64,000 bases of DNA from a virus (lineage: Duplodnaviria; Caudoviricetes). Location: the IMG/VR virus record IMGVR_UViG_3300020048_000093, positions 1-64,000 of that record; one strand, given 5' to 3'. Position 1 is the stretch's first letter. Every line of letters starts with the position of its first letter. The notes under the pieces are model-generated. The model saw only the letters and a list, made by a program, of their open reading frames with translations, searched no databases and was not told the DNA's origin. A program made the position numbers and the translations under genes. Below, piece by piece: positions 62,568 to 64,000 of this stretch.

Positions 62568-63596
62568 ATGGGCGCTGGAAACAACCTAATCAGGAATACG
62601 GCAAGAGGCATACGAAAAGATGACAAAACATTCCAGGCGATCATTTCTGATGATCTGGGATTCGGTGCTACGGCGAACGAACTTGACGCAGTTGTTTCGT
62701 ATTGTGATATGTATACAAAAATCGACAAGGTAGAAAATCAGACCGAAACAAGCCTTGAGAGTTCCGTAAGGTTTTTCACGGGACTTAAAAAGAACTTCGA
62801 AGAAACAGACGCCAGTTACTTGAAGCGTTTTATGGCATGGACACACAGAAGCGGAGATACGGTATGGGGAACAAAACATAATATCAAACACATTTTTAAT
62901 GTTTATTTTCCTTCTGCGGAAGTTTTTGTATCAGAAAATACCGATGGTATAAATCTGATGGTAAACGGTGATTTTGAGGATCCTGCCGGAGTCGAATGGG
63001 TAATGGTGAACACCTTGATTACAAATTCCGCCAGGTTCGCAAATGAAAGCGGAGCTTCTATAGGTACGGAAGGGTCATTGAAGCAAACCGTCAGTTTGTC
63101 CGCTGGATCGTACTTTCTCCATTTTTTCATGCTCGGCCAATTGCGTGTCACGATCAAAGATACCGGTTTGAATAAATACTGGAATTTCACTTCGTTTTCA
63201 TGGCAAAGCGCTATATCGTCGAAAGGATTTGTGAGCTCTACCTGGGACATACAGGATATGTTTTTTATACTTGCCCATACAGCAGATATAGAAATATCCA
63301 TCGAAAGCGATACCGGGTCGTTTGTAGACTATTTCAGGCTCAATAAAAAAGAAAAGCATCCGTCATTCACGCTGCTTGTTTGTTTTTCGTCCGCGAGCCT
63401 TGGTGAATCGCTTTTTGCTTCGTCCGGGAATGCCGATCCTATTGACGGCCAAAATTATGATGCGATGAGTTATTACGACAGCGCATTCCTGAGCGGAGTG
63501 TCTGGATCTGCGAGAAGCATTTACGACAGCTTGCTTAATGAAGTAAAACCATGCGGGGTCATGGCTACTCTTGAACTGATAGAACGAAGCATATAG
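62568..63596 (+). CDS. Baseplate wedge (gpI-like) protein with inserted carbohydrate-binding-like domain
   Basis: ETDASY..R..; NLMVNGDFED...W; C-terminal L...KPCGV. Confidence 0.65.
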   Translation: MGAGNNLIRNTARGIRKDDKTFQAIISDDLGFGATANELDAVVSYCDMYTKIDKVENQTETSLESSVRFFTGLKKNFEETDASYLKRFMAWTHRSGDTVWGTKHNIKHIFNVYFPSAEVFVSENTDGINLMVNGDFEDPAGVEWVMVNTLITNSARFANESGASIGTEGSLKQTVSLSAGSYFLHFFMLGQLRVTIKDTGLNKYWNFTSFSWQSAISSKGFVSSTWDIQDMFFILAHTADIEISIESDTGSFVDYFRLNKKEKHPSFTLLVCFSSASLGESLFASSGNADPIDGQNYDAMSYYDSAFLSGVSGSARSIYDSLLNEVKPCGVMATLELIERSI

Positions 63597-63606
63597 GAGG
63601 AACATT

Positions 63607-64000
63607 ATGGCCTTTAAGACAACTAAAATACTGGAAAATGAAATTGCAAAGCAGGTTGATTTTCAATACGCCAACAGAAGCGGAATAGAAAACCTGTCGA
63701 GTTTTATCAGGTATGTATTCAAGACACCGAATAGCGTGGTAATGGGCGGAAAGGTACTTCAAGCTTCCCCGGTAAGCATGAATGTGTTAATTGACCCTCT
63801 CCTTGCTTTTTCGTCAACTGTAATCGCTTTTTCCGATTCGATTTCTGGACCATTTGCCATTGAAGCTTCGAATACCCAAGACAGGATCGATATTGTCCAG
63901 GTTAAGGGCGAGTATGTCGGTTTTGATACCCAACAGAGAGCTTTTAATGATCCGGCAACCATGACAAAAACCTATTCCGATGTTGATACAAAGGAAAAAA
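63607..64000 (+). CDS. Putative tail fibre / baseplate fibre protein (5' part, runs off window end)
   Basis: RBS AGGAGG; MAFKTTKILENEIAKQVDF...RIDIVQVK; position after wedge genes. Confidence 0.6.
   Translation, partial: MAFKTTKILENEIAKQVDFQYANRSGIENLSSFIRYVFKTPNSVVMGGKVLQASPVSMNVLIDPLLAFSSTVIAFSDSISGPFAIEASNTQDRIDIVQVKGEYVGFDTQQRAFNDPATMTKTYSDVDTKEK

Noticed and set aside
1-64000. CRISPR array, IS/transposase, integrase, alternative genetic code
   Set aside because: No regularly spaced repeats or transposase/integrase motifs seen; TAA, TAG and TGA all end well-formed genes and long ORFs are intact under code 11

Overview
The whole 64 kb window is one tailed-phage (or prophage) segment with every credible gene on the + strand. 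The SSB sequence looks Treponema-like, so the host is probably a spirochete (inferred from recall, not from a search). No integrase, repressor or lysis gene is visible. Layout: (1) 1-16.2 kb early region: two tRNAs, YqaJ/SMC-like ATPase/DEDDh/RecT recombination module, DUF4373 replication protein, SSB, MazG-like enzyme, adenine methyltransferase and about 25 small accessory ORFs; (2) 16.2-16.75 kb promoter-driven RNA cluster: a non-canonical tRNA-like RNA, tRNA-Thr and a ~310 nt structured non-coding segment; (3) terminase and portal; (4) an unusually large ~23 kb block between portal and prohead protease: MuF-like protein, DarB-like methylase-helicase, zeta toxin, LPD1-pyrophosphatase polyvalent protein, second SNF2 helicase and a GC-rich fibre/decoration cassette; (5) SPO1/Twort-like protease-scaffold and major capsid, then neck, contractile tail and baseplate (myovirus). 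Most notable: five otherwise unrelated proteins share an N-terminal signature, [LM]-x-K-[AS] followed by L[VI]..T..G..WVxP, and the L-x-K-[SA] site also occurs in the capsid, protease and scaffold. This suggests a modular capsid-loading tag for injected effectors. One of these effectors, the zeta toxin, is followed by a 51-aa candidate immunity gene with its own promoter and terminator. Family assignments come from motif recognition by eye.
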